A stretch of 64,000 bases of DNA from Phycisphaerae bacterium (GTDB lineage Bacteria; Planctomycetota; Phycisphaerae; Phycisphaerales; Phycisphaeraceae): the NCBI GenBank assembly GCA_030432595.1, contig JAUIGU010000020.1:8144-72143 (forward strand), given 5' to 3'. The notes beneath the pieces were generated by a model that ran no database searches, was not told the origin of the DNA, and was given only the letters and a program-made list of their open reading frames with translations. The first letter of the stretch is position 1, and each line of letters opens with the position of its first letter. The position numbers and the translations under genes were made by a program. Positions 33,165 through 41,928 of the stretch are shown here, piece after piece.

Positions 33165-34201
33165 CGGACCCGGCCGTCCTCCAGCGTCGGTTCGATCGCG
33201 AGCGCGCCGCCCGCCAAGAGGCGGAACGCCTGCTCGAGGCGAAGTCGCGCGAGTTGTTCCTCGCGCACACCGAGCTGAAAGCGCAGTTCGAAGAGCTCCA
33301 GTCGGCGCATGACCAGCTCCGCCGGGCGCAGGAGCAGGCACTTCAGGCCGAAAAGCTTGCTTCGATCGGGCAGCTCGCCGCGGGTGTCGCCCACGAGATC
33401 AACACGCCGCTGGGCTTTGTCATCTCGAACCTGAACACGCTGAGCGAGTACGGGTCCGACCTGCGACGCGTCTTCGATCTGCTGAATCAGGACGCACCGC
33501 AGACGTCCCGCTCCTCGAATCAGACGGAATGGCTACAGGGCGTGCGGGACGCGTGCAACGAAGTCGATCTGGGCTTCGTCCTGGGCGACCTGCGGGACCT
33601 GGTCGGCGAGTCGATCGAGGGGGCACAGCGTGTGCGGCAGATCGTTGCCGACTTAATGAACTTTTCGAAGATGTCGAACGATGCGGACTCGGTGGTGAGC
33701 CTCAACGCGCTCATCGAGCAGACCGTTCGCGTGGCCGTCAACGGCGCCGCCGACGATGTCCATGTGACCTATGAACTCGGTGAAGTGGGTCCGGTCCGAT
33801 GCCGTGAAGGCCAGGTCTCTCAGGTGGTCATGAACCTCGCCGCCAACGCGATCGAGGCGCTCGACGGCGGCGGCACGATCACGGTCCGGTCGGGCACCAC
33901 CCAAAGCGGTGCCTGGTTCGAGATCCAGGACTCGGGCGTCGGGATCGCGAATGAGCAACTCGGCCGCATCTTCGACCCGTTCTACACGACCAAGGACGTC
34001 GGGCACGGCACGGGGATGGGGCTCAGCCAGGCCTACCGCGTCGTCGAGGACCACGGCGGAACCATCACCGTTCGCAGCGCCGTCGGGCGGGGAACCACCT
34101 TCCGGGTGGAGCTGCCGCTCGGGGGCGCAAGCGCCGAGGACGCGAACGGGCAACCCCGCGAACAGAAACTCAGTGCGGCCACTGCAGGAGCCCCGTCATG
34201 A
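33161..34201 (+). CDS. Soluble H-NOX-associated histidine kinase (coiled coil-HisKA-HATPase)
   Basis: Its ATG overlaps the H-NOX stop (ATGA at 33161). H-box [14 protein letters not shown], and G-boxes DSGVGI and GTGMGLS. No TM segment. Confidence 0.9.
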   Translation: MTDPAVLQRRFDRERAARQEAERLLEAKSRELFLAHTELKAQFEELQSAHDQLRRAQEQALQAEKLASIGQLAAGVAHEINTPLGFVISNLNTLSEYGSDLRRVFDLLNQDAPQTSRSSNQTEWLQGVRDACNEVDLGFVLGDLRDLVGESIEGAQRVRQIVADLMNFSKMSNDADSVVSLNALIEQTVRVAVNGAADDVHVTYELGEVGPVRCREGQVSQVVMNLAANAIEALDGGGTITVRSGTTQSGAWFEIQDSGVGIANEQLGRIFDPFYTTKDVGHGTGMGLSQAYRVVEDHGGTITVRSAVGRGTTFRVELPLGGASAEDANGQPREQKLSAATAGAPS

Positions 34202-35562
34202 ACGATGACAGCATCTTTTCGACCGAAGCGCTCGACGCGCACGGCAACCCGTTCAAGGTCTTGATCGTGGACGACAGCGCGGTCTGCCGGAACGCGCTGA
34301 AGAAATGTCTGGAGCAGTACGGGTTCCACGTCATCGCGCTGTCGGACAGCCGCGAGGTGGTCACGGGCGCCAAGCGCGAGCGCCCGACCATCATCCTCAC
34401 CGATGTCCAGATGCCCGAGATGGACGGCTTTGACGTGTGCATCGCGGTCAAGGACGACCCGGAGACGAAGGATATCCCGGTGCTGTTCGTGACGTCCGAC
34501 GACCGGCCGGAGCACAAGCTCTGCGGGTTCGAGGCCGGCGGAGCCGACTTCATCGCCAAGGGCGCGGACACGCTCGAGGTGATTGCGCGGGTGCGGACCC
34601 ACGTGCGGATTGCGTCGCTGCAGAACGAGCTCCGCGATAAGCTCAACGCGATCCAGGAACACGCCGAGCGGGAGCGTGAACTCCGTCAGCAGATCGAGGC
34701 GCAACAGACGCAGATGCTGCAGAACGAGAAGATGGCGTCGATCGGGCAGTTGGCCGCGGGCGTGGCACACGAGATCAACAACCCGATCGGCTTCATCTCT
34801 TCGAACCTCAACACGCTGGCGGAATACGCCGGCGACATCAAAGACGCTGTGGGGGCTCTGCTCGGCGTACACGAATCCCTGCGGGACCGCAGCCCCGGCG
34901 TGCGGGAGAAGTGGGAAGCCGCGGACGGCGTGATCGAGCGGGTCGATCTTCAGTTCCTGCTCGACGACCTGACCGACGTCGTGACCGAGTCGGTGGACGG
35001 TGCCGACCGTGTGCGCCAGATCGTGGCGGACCTCAAGGACTTTTCGCACGTTGACACGCCGGACCTCACGGTTGAGGACATCAACGTCCTGATCGAGCGC
35101 ACCCTGAACGTCGCGCACAACGAGACGAAGTACAAGGCCGAGGTCAAGACCGAGTTCGGCGACCTCCCGCCGGTGCCGTGCTACGGCGGCAAGCTTGCGC
35201 AGGTGGTGCTCAACCTGGTCGTCAACGCCGCCCAGGCGATCGAAGACCACGGGACGATCACCGTCGCGTCCGGGACCGCCGGCCGCAACGTCTGGATCGA
35301 AGTCCGCGACACCGGCTGCGGCATCCCGGAAGAAAACCTCAAACGCATCTTCGACCCCTTCTTCACCACCAAGGACGTCGGCAAGGGGACCGGGCTGGGG
35401 CTGCACCTGGCCTACCAGATCATCCAGTCGCACGAAGGACGGATCACGGCCCGGAGCACCGTCGGCGAGGGCACGACCTTCCGCATCGAGATCCCCAAGG
35501 AAGGCCCCAGCGACGCGAACACCTGCCCCGAACCGGAGAACGCCATTGACCAAGCTGCTTGA
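34198..35562 (+). CDS. REC-histidine kinase hybrid (N-terminal receiver, HisKA, HATPase)
   Basis: ATGA overlap at 34198. Receiver: VLIVDDSAV...[14 protein letters not shown]-box [20 protein letters not shown] in the ATPase domain. Confidence 0.9.
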   Translation: MNDDSIFSTEALDAHGNPFKVLIVDDSAVCRNALKKCLEQYGFHVIALSDSREVVTGAKRERPTIILTDVQMPEMDGFDVCIAVKDDPETKDIPVLFVTSDDRPEHKLCGFEAGGADFIAKGADTLEVIARVRTHVRIASLQNELRDKLNAIQEHAERERELRQQIEAQQTQMLQNEKMASIGQLAAGVAHEINNPIGFISSNLNTLAEYAGDIKDAVGALLGVHESLRDRSPGVREKWEAADGVIERVDLQFLLDDLTDVVTESVDGADRVRQIVADLKDFSHVDTPDLTVEDINVLIERTLNVAHNETKYKAEVKTEFGDLPPVPCYGGKLAQVVLNLVVNAAQAIEDHGTITVASGTAGRNVWIEVRDTGCGIPEENLKRIFDPFFTTKDVGKGTGLGLHLAYQIIQSHEGRITARSTVGEGTTFRIEIPKEGPSDANTCPEPENAIDQAA

Positions 35563-36391
35563 ACAACCGGCCTCCCGCCGAGGCGTGACCCCCGCGGCCG
35601 AGGATCGGCCCCGCCTGCTCCTGGTCGACGACGAGCCGAGCATTCTCTCTGCGCTCAAACGTCTCCTGCGCCGTGAGGGCTACGAGATCCTCACCGCCGA
35701 CTCGGGCCCGCGTGCGCTGGAGATTCTGGACCAGACGCAGGTGGACGTGGTCATGACCGACTTCCGCATGCCCGAGATGACCGGGACGGAATTGCTCAAG
35801 CGGGTTCACGAGCGCTGGCCGGACACCAAGCGCATCGTCCTGAGCGGATACTCCGAGGTGACGGCCGTCCTCGACGCCATCAACAGCGGCGCGATCTACA
35901 AATACCTCAACAAGCCGTGGAACGACGAAGAACTCAAACTCCACCTCAAGCGTGCCGTCGAGCAGCACCGACTGGAATCGGCCAACCTCCGTTTGATCGA
36001 CGAAGTCGAACGGCAGAACGAACAGCTCCGCGAACTGAACGCCCGGCTGGACCGGCGCGCCGCCGACGCCAACCTGGGCCTGGCCGTCTCGCAGGCCATG
36101 ATGGAGCGCGTCGCGGCGTTGGTCCTCGGCGTGGACCGCAACGGCCTCGTTGTCGGCGCGTTCGGCAAGGTCAACGGGCTGCTCGAACCCGACCGTGAAC
36201 TCATCAGCGTTCCGTTGAGTCAGGTGCTTCCTCAACCGATGCAAGGCGCACTCCCGGATTTGGGGGCCACCGATGAACCGATGAACGGTCGATTCACGAT
36301 GCGGGAACGCGAAGTTCAGTGGCGGTCGACGCCTTACCACGCCGACGGCGAAGTGGCCGGCCACGTGCTGACGCTGTGGGAGGCGCTCTGA
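35546..36391 (+). CDS. Response regulator (RpfG-type receiver) with coiled coil and uncharacterised C-terminal domain of about 100 aa
   Basis: LLLVDDEPSILSALKRLLRREGYEILTA...VVMTDFRMPEMTG...YLNKPWNDEEL. The start is uncertain: TTG 35546 overlaps the upstream stop, and the track ORF start at 35195 lies inside the preceding gene. Confidence 0.75.
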   Translation: MTKLLEQPASRRGVTPAAEDRPRLLLVDDEPSILSALKRLLRREGYEILTADSGPRALEILDQTQVDVVMTDFRMPEMTGTELLKRVHERWPDTKRIVLSGYSEVTAVLDAINSGAIYKYLNKPWNDEELKLHLKRAVEQHRLESANLRLIDEVERQNEQLRELNARLDRRAADANLGLAVSQAMMERVAALVLGVDRNGLVVGAFGKVNGLLEPDRELISVPLSQVLPQPMQGALPDLGATDEPMNGRFTMREREVQWRSTPYHADGEVAGHVLTLWEAL

Positions 36392-36393
36392 CC

Positions 36394-37584
36394 ATGGTTG
36401 CCGCGCAAACCACATCACGTCCCGGCCCCCTGACCGGCCGGATCGAGTCGCTGCCGCCGCTTCCGCGGGTCGTCCCCGAGATCCTGCGGGTCGCCGCCCG
36501 AAGCGACGCCTGCGCTGCCGACCTCGCCGAGGTCATCGACCGCGACCCGGCCATCGCCGGGAAGGTGCTGCGGGTGGCCAACTCGCCCTTTTTCGGCGCG
36601 GCCAACGACATTACGGACACCACTCGTGCCGTGGTCCGCCTGGGCATCACCACCATCCAAAACCTGGTCATCGGGCTGGGAACGGCCGACGCGTTCGGCG
36701 CGGGCCCCGCTTCATCACCGGCCCACAGGAACCTCTGGCACCACGCCGTTGCGACCGCCGCCGCCGCCGACCTCGTCGCCCGCCGCGTCCGGTACCACCG
36801 CCCCGAAGAAGCGCTTCTCGCCGGGCTGCTGCACGACATCGGCCAACTCGCCATGCTCATGTGGAACGCCGACGCCTTCGAGGAAGTCAGCCGCGACGAC
36901 CCCTCGAACGGCACGGGTTTCCTGACGCGCGAGCGCCGCCGTTTCGGCTCGGACCACACCGAGGTCGGCGACCGCCTGCTCGAACACTGGGGCCTGCCCG
37001 ATGTCCTGCGCGTCGTGGCCCGAGACCACCACCGTCGAGGGTCTGACGCGAAGTCCGACCTGTTGTCACTGGTAATCTTCGCCGACACGCTCAGCCATCA
37101 CCTCGGCATCGGATTCGATTTCACGGTCGGTTGGCCCGAGCGCGGCCGCGACGCGATGGCCGCCCTCGGGCTGTCTTCCGACGCCTTAATGGAGATCGCC
37201 GCGGCCCTGCCCAACCACGTCCGCGCGGCCGAGCAGATGTTGGGGCAGCGTCACCGACGCCCCGACGGGGCCACCGCACGAGGCGGCCGTGTTCGCTGGG
37301 TGTCTCGCGGTGGTGAAGCGCCATCGCCGATGCACCAGTTCATGATCGAATCGGAGGGCCTCGCGTGGGTGTCCGAATCTTCCTCGGAACCACCGTCGGA
37401 CCGCAACGGCGATGACCTGCTGGTCTTCGTGGATGCGCCGCCGGAACCGATCCCGAACCCGTGCGTCCTGCTTGAGCCCGACCGACACGACCGCCGTTAC
37501 GAGCCCGGCCGGGGCCTCTGCCGGATCCCTTTCAACTTCAGCGCATTCGACCTGCGTTGGGCACGCGAGGTGCTTAGCCGATGA
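36394..37584 (+). CDS. HDOD domain-containing signalling protein
   Basis: LPPLPRVVPEILRVAARSDACAADLAEVIDRDPAIAGKVLRVANSPFFG...LWHHAVATAAAADLVA...AGLLHDIGQLAML is typical HDOD. ATG 36394 lies 3 nt after the upstream stop. Confidence 0.8.
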   Translation: MVAAQTTSRPGPLTGRIESLPPLPRVVPEILRVAARSDACAADLAEVIDRDPAIAGKVLRVANSPFFGAANDITDTTRAVVRLGITTIQNLVIGLGTADAFGAGPASSPAHRNLWHHAVATAAAADLVARRVRYHRPEEALLAGLLHDIGQLAMLMWNADAFEEVSRDDPSNGTGFLTRERRRFGSDHTEVGDRLLEHWGLPDVLRVVARDHHRRGSDAKSDLLSLVIFADTLSHHLGIGFDFTVGWPERGRDAMAALGLSSDALMEIAAALPNHVRAAEQMLGQRHRRPDGATARGGRVRWVSRGGEAPSPMHQFMIESEGLAWVSESSSEPPSDRNGDDLLVFVDAPPEPIPNPCVLLEPDRHDRRYEPGRGLCRIPFNFSAFDLRWAREVLSR

Positions 37585-38927
37585 ATTCAACCGAACCGAA
37601 CCGCGAACGTCCCACCGTCCTCATCGTCGATGACGAGCCGGGCATCCTGCGGGCGATCCAACGCACGCTCCGTCGCGAGGGCTACAACGTCGAGACCGCC
37701 GAGGGCGGCCGCGCGGCCATCGCGTTCCTCGAGCGGAATCCGATCGACGTCATCGTCTGCGATCAACGCATGCCCGATGTGGCCGGACCCGAGGTGCTGG
37801 CCAAAGCGTACGAGCACCACCCCGACGCGTTCCGCATCACCCTCACGGGATACACCGACCTCGAAGCGGCGCAGAAGTCCATCAACGAAGGCCGCGTCAA
37901 TCAGTTCTTGATGAAGCCGTGGAACGACGACCACCTGAAGCGGTGCGTCGCCGACGGCGTCCGGGCGCATCGGCTCATCATTGAAAACCGAGAACTCGAA
38001 GCCCAGGTCCGTGAGCAGAACGCCAAGCTCGAAGCATGGAACCAGGAGCTCGAGCAGGCCGTCAAAGACCGCACCCGGAAGCTCGAAGCCCAGAACGCGC
38101 AGCTCGACAAACTCGTGCAGTTCTTCCAGAGCATGCTCCGCGACACGGTCGGGGTGCTTGCGGCGATGCTCGAGATGGCCAGCCCCGCGCTGGGCATCCA
38201 CTGCAAACGTGTCTCCGGCCTGGCCAAGCAGTTGGGGCAACACCTCGGCGTCGACGAGAACATGATCCGCGACTTGGAACTCGCCGCCTGGCTGCACGAC
38301 TTGGGCAAGATGGCGTCGCTGACGAGGCAAAACGCCGCGGACACGCCCCAAGCCACCGGCCGGGATACCCGTGTCAACGTCTCGGAAGCCGGATACCACA
38401 TCCTGTCCCGCATCGGCGGCTTCAAGCGCATCGCCGAGGGCGTCCGTTACCAATCCGAGAAATACGACGGCTCGGGCGGTCCCAAGCGGATGCGCGGGGA
38501 GGCGATCCCCCTGGTCTCCCGGGTCATCGCGATCGTTGATGCCTACGACAACGCCGTCTACGCCGGCAGCGACCCGTCCAAGCCCGACCACGCCGCGGCG
38601 GAGAAGCTCCTGCAACGCAACGCCGGCCGGGCGTTTGACCCCAAGCTGGTGCGCGCCTTCCTGGATTCTCTCCGCGCGGCGGCCTCCGAAGCGCCCAGCG
38701 AAGTCGAGGTGGAAATCTCCCCCCGTCAGGCACGCCCCGGCATGACCCTGGCCCGCGACCTGGTGAACTCCGACAAGGTGCTGCTCGCCAAGCAAGGCAC
38801 CAAACTCACCGAAGCCATGGTCCAGAAGATCCGGGACATGGCCAGCGGCGACTGCATCCTCAGCACCCTCAGCGTCATGGTGCCCCAGTTGCCCGAAGAA
38901 ACACCAACCAATGCGCGGGCCGCGTAG
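37581..38927 (+). CDS. Response regulator with HD-GYP-family domain (apparently degenerate: QS-E-x2-DGSGGP)
   Basis: ATGA overlap at 37581. Receiver: VLIVDDEPGIL...VIVCDQRMPDVAG...LMKPWNDDHL. HD motif WLHDLGK (38295-38300). The motif region QSEKYDGSGGPKRMRGEAIPL (38451-38483) sits where the family consensus is HHE-x2-DG-x-GYP. Confidence 0.85.
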   Translation: MNSTEPNRERPTVLIVDDEPGILRAIQRTLRREGYNVETAEGGRAAIAFLERNPIDVIVCDQRMPDVAGPEVLAKAYEHHPDAFRITLTGYTDLEAAQKSINEGRVNQFLMKPWNDDHLKRCVADGVRAHRLIIENRELEAQVREQNAKLEAWNQELEQAVKDRTRKLEAQNAQLDKLVQFFQSMLRDTVGVLAAMLEMASPALGIHCKRVSGLAKQLGQHLGVDENMIRDLELAAWLHDLGKMASLTRQNAADTPQATGRDTRVNVSEAGYHILSRIGGFKRIAEGVRYQSEKYDGSGGPKRMRGEAIPLVSRVIAIVDAYDNAVYAGSDPSKPDHAAAEKLLQRNAGRAFDPKLVRAFLDSLRAAASEAPSEVEVEISPRQARPGMTLARDLVNSDKVLLAKQGTKLTEAMVQKIRDMASGDCILSTLSVMVPQLPEETPTNARAA

Positions 38928-39347
38928 CGGCAGTGCCAAACGGGTCGATTCCTTTTTGGTGACCGGATGACGGACCGGGGTCGCCGTCTAGCTTTCCGCC
39001 GAGCCGGGTCGGCGGCCCGCAACAAACTGTCTGAGGAACCGTATGCGCTGCCCGTCGTGATTCGCCTCGGTCGGGCCTGACCGTGATGTACCGCCTGCTC
39101 AAACGTAATGAATCACGGTTGAGGCGACGCATTCACTGAGGGGCGTACGGTCAACTCCTGGACAGACTGAATTAACCTCCGTCCGCCCATCCACCGACCC
39201 CGCTCGTCGTAACCGGTCGGCCTTGGTAGAATCCAGGCCTCGTCAGTATCTGGTTGGCGGCGTGCGTAGGAAAGCCCGCCGTCCGCCCAGAAACCTGACG
39301 CATCGCGTCATCGCAAGCCGCGGATTGGCAAGGGCTTGCGAAGATTT

Positions 39348-39420
<73 letters not shown>

Positions 39421-39649
39421 TTTCGTTCTCTTCATATTGACAGAATCGGTTCCGGGTTCCGAAGTGTTTTCCGGGTGAGTCGATCCGAGGCCATGCCTTG
39501 GTATCCGGTCAATATGAAAGCGCCATGGCCTGGTTCCCACGCCAAGGTCCGGCTCGGTTCCGGTGATGGGGGCGGGCCCGACCGAATGCAGGTCAGTGTC
39601 CGCGAGTGTTGCGTTGCGAACGTGAGTCGTTGTAACGCGAGGTGTTGCT

Positions 39650-41905
39650 TCACGCGCGCATCGCAACATCGCGGCGTCGATTCAAGAGCGCACGCGATGG
39701 TCGGCTTGCCCCAATCGTGAACAGCACGAGAACGCTGACCGAGGCCGGCTCGGGGATCGGCGAATGCAGGCCGGTCGGTGCGGACGCGGCGCCCCAGTGC
39801 TGGAGGACTCGGTCGAGTTCGCTTTGTTCGATCACGCCGGTGGGTAGATCATTGACCCAGCCCGCCGGGATGCCGTTGACGGCCGTGTCCAGCCCCCAGT
39901 TCTGCAGCACGAGGTCGAGGTCGCCTTGCTCGACCTGGCCGTTGCCCGAGTAGTCGCCGGGCAAAACGGACGATGCGCCGAGGAGGCGGTTGGCCAGGTC
40001 CACGATCAGGCGGACGTGTTCGTTCTGCTGCGTGGTGGTGAAGGTCTGCGTGCGTGCGTTGTCATTGAAGCCGTCGGTGCCGACCTGGTCCCACCAGTCC
40101 TGGCCGAACGTGGCCTTGAACTGGTACGTGCCGACCGAATCGATCACGGCCTCGAACGTGTAGAAGCCGTCGCCGTGGGCGGTCATGTTGAAGGCGTCGT
40201 CGGCGGGGTCCCAATTGTTGGCGCCGCCGGCCGCGATCATGAAGTCGCCGACGACCTGGAGCGGGGCGGTGTCGAAGTCGATCCAGACGACGGGGTTGCC
40301 TTTGTTGTTGGTGATGCGGGTATCGACGGTGATGGTCGCGGCACCGTCGGCGTCGCCGTAGAGCGTGAGGTTGGCGTTGTTGGAGCCCAGGTCGCTGGGC
40401 GGTTGGTCGGCGGTGTCGTAGACGCGGAAGTCGTAGGCGACGTTGGCGCTGAGGTTGTTAGCGGTGACGGTGTAGACGCCGTCGGTGCCGGTCATGACCA
40501 GCGAGCTGCCGGCCGGGTCCCAGTCGGCCGGGTCGCCTTGCTCGGTCTGCAACGAGCCGGCGACGACCAGCGACGGCGTAAACGTTGCGCCCAGCACGAC
40601 GACCTCGTACGGCGCGAGCAGGCGTGTCGCGCCCAGGCTCGTGGCCTGCTCGCTGAGCAGGTCGGTCCAGTCGCCGCGCCAGCCAGCGGGGACCGAGACC
40701 TGTCGGCTCTGGCCGCGCGTGTTGACCAGGACCACGGCCTGCTCGTCGCCGTGTTGCCGGTGCAGCAGGACGACGTCGGCGGTGCTCTGGTCGTTGAGGT
40801 TGCCGTGGATCAACGCGGACGACGCGGACCGGGCGTTGAGCAGGTCGGTGTACCACGCCTCGGTGGCGGCACCGGTGTTCCAGTCGAGCGGGCTCTTGTT
40901 GAAGATGGGGATGTTCTCGTCCCAGCCGATCTCCTGGCCGGCGTAGACCAGCGGCGCGCCGCCGTAGGCCACGGTGACGGCGTAGGCGGCGAGCGAGGCT
41001 TCGACGTTGCCGAACGCGTCGGGGGGCGTTTCGTCGAAGGCGCTGAAGTCGTGGTTAGTCGTGAAGCGGAGGATTTCGGCGTCCTGCGGCACGCCGGCGT
41101 ACTCGGCGTGGTGCGCCGCGATGAGTGATGACGCCGAGGCCGACCCGTTGAACACCGCATCGACGGCGTTGTAGAAGTCCCAGCCGTAGGTCAGGTCGAA
41201 CCCGGCGTTGTAGTGATCCGTTCGGCCTCCCTCGGCGAGCATGATCAAATCGCGCGACACGCTGTTGCGGACCGCGGGCACGGCCTGCTGCCAGAAGCTG
41301 TACGGCACGAAGTCGGCGGTATCGACACGGAAGCCGTCGATGCCGACGTCGGTAACCCAGTACTTCATCTCGTTGATCATCGTCGCCCGCAGCGACGGGT
41401 TGTTGTAGTTCAGGTCCGCGACGTCGGTCCAGTTGGTCCCGGGCGGGTGGATGATGTTGCCTTGCCCGTCCTGGCTGTACCACTCGGGATGCTCGGTGAT
41501 CCAGGCGTGGTCCCAGGCGGTGTGGTTGGGGACCCAATCCATGATCACCGACAAGTCACGTTGATGGGCCTGATCGATGAGGTTCGTCAAGTCGGCGAGC
41601 GACCCGTACTCGTTGCTGACCACGCCGTGGTCCCGCACGGAATACGGCGAGCCCAGGCCGCCGACGGAGTTCACCTGCCCGACCGGGTGGATCGGCATCA
41701 GCCACACCGTGTTCGCGCCCAGCGCCTGGATCTCGTCGAGGCGTGCGCTCACGCCCGCGAGATCGCCGGCCTGGCTGAACGAGCGCAGGTTGACCTCGTA
41801 CACCACCAGGTCGCTGACGGCAGGGACCGCACGGGCGTGAGTCCCGAGCAGCCCGGCCGCGGTCAGCAGGAACAGGCGGCGCAGCCCGTGGCGTCGAAAC
41901 GTCAT
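39650..41905 (-). CDS. GH13 alpha-amylase with C-terminal bipartite carbohydrate-binding-like module, dockerin-like repeat and PEP-CTERM anchor
   Basis: Signal peptide MTFRRHGLRRLFLLTAAGLLGTHA. GH13 motifs DWVPNHT, GFRVDTADF, IMLAEG and FTTNHD. C-terminus: GDYSGNGQVEQGDLDLVLQNWG...IPEPASVSVLVLF. The 1215-aa track ORF is an artefactual extension across the next gene. Confidence 0.88.
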   Translation of the reverse strand: MTFRRHGLRRLFLLTAAGLLGTHARAVPAVSDLVVYEVNLRSFSQAGDLAGVSARLDEIQALGANTVWLMPIHPVGQVNSVGGLGSPYSVRDHGVVSNEYGSLADLTNLIDQAHQRDLSVIMDWVPNHTAWDHAWITEHPEWYSQDGQGNIIHPPGTNWTDVADLNYNNPSLRATMINEMKYWVTDVGIDGFRVDTADFVPYSFWQQAVPAVRNSVSRDLIMLAEGGRTDHYNAGFDLTYGWDFYNAVDAVFNGSASASSLIAAHHAEYAGVPQDAEILRFTTNHDFSAFDETPPDAFGNVEASLAAYAVTVAYGGAPLVYAGQEIGWDENIPIFNKSPLDWNTGAATEAWYTDLLNARSASSALIHGNLNDQSTADVVLLHRQHGDEQAVVLVNTRGQSRQVSVPAGWRGDWTDLLSEQATSLGATRLLAPYEVVVLGATFTPSLVVAGSLQTEQGDPADWDPAGSSLVMTGTDGVYTVTANNLSANVAYDFRVYDTADQPPSDLGSNNANLTLYGDADGAATITVDTRITNNKGNPVVWIDFDTAPLQVVGDFMIAAGGANNWDPADDAFNMTAHGDGFYTFEAVIDSVGTYQFKATFGQDWWDQVGTDGFNDNARTQTFTTTQQNEHVRLIVDLANRLLGASSVLPGDYSGNGQVEQGDLDLVLQNWGLDTAVNGIPAGWVNDLPTGVIEQSELDRVLQHWGAASAPTGLHSPIPEPASVSVLVLFTIGASRPSRALLNRRRDVAMRA

Positions 41906-41928
41906 ACCCACAACTCCGACCAAGCCGA

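Noticed and set aside
36736-36752. TGGCAC...TTGC string resembling a sigma-54 promoter
   Set aside because: The spacing is wrong (7 nt instead of 5 between TGGCAC and TTGC). It also lies inside the HDOD coding sequence.
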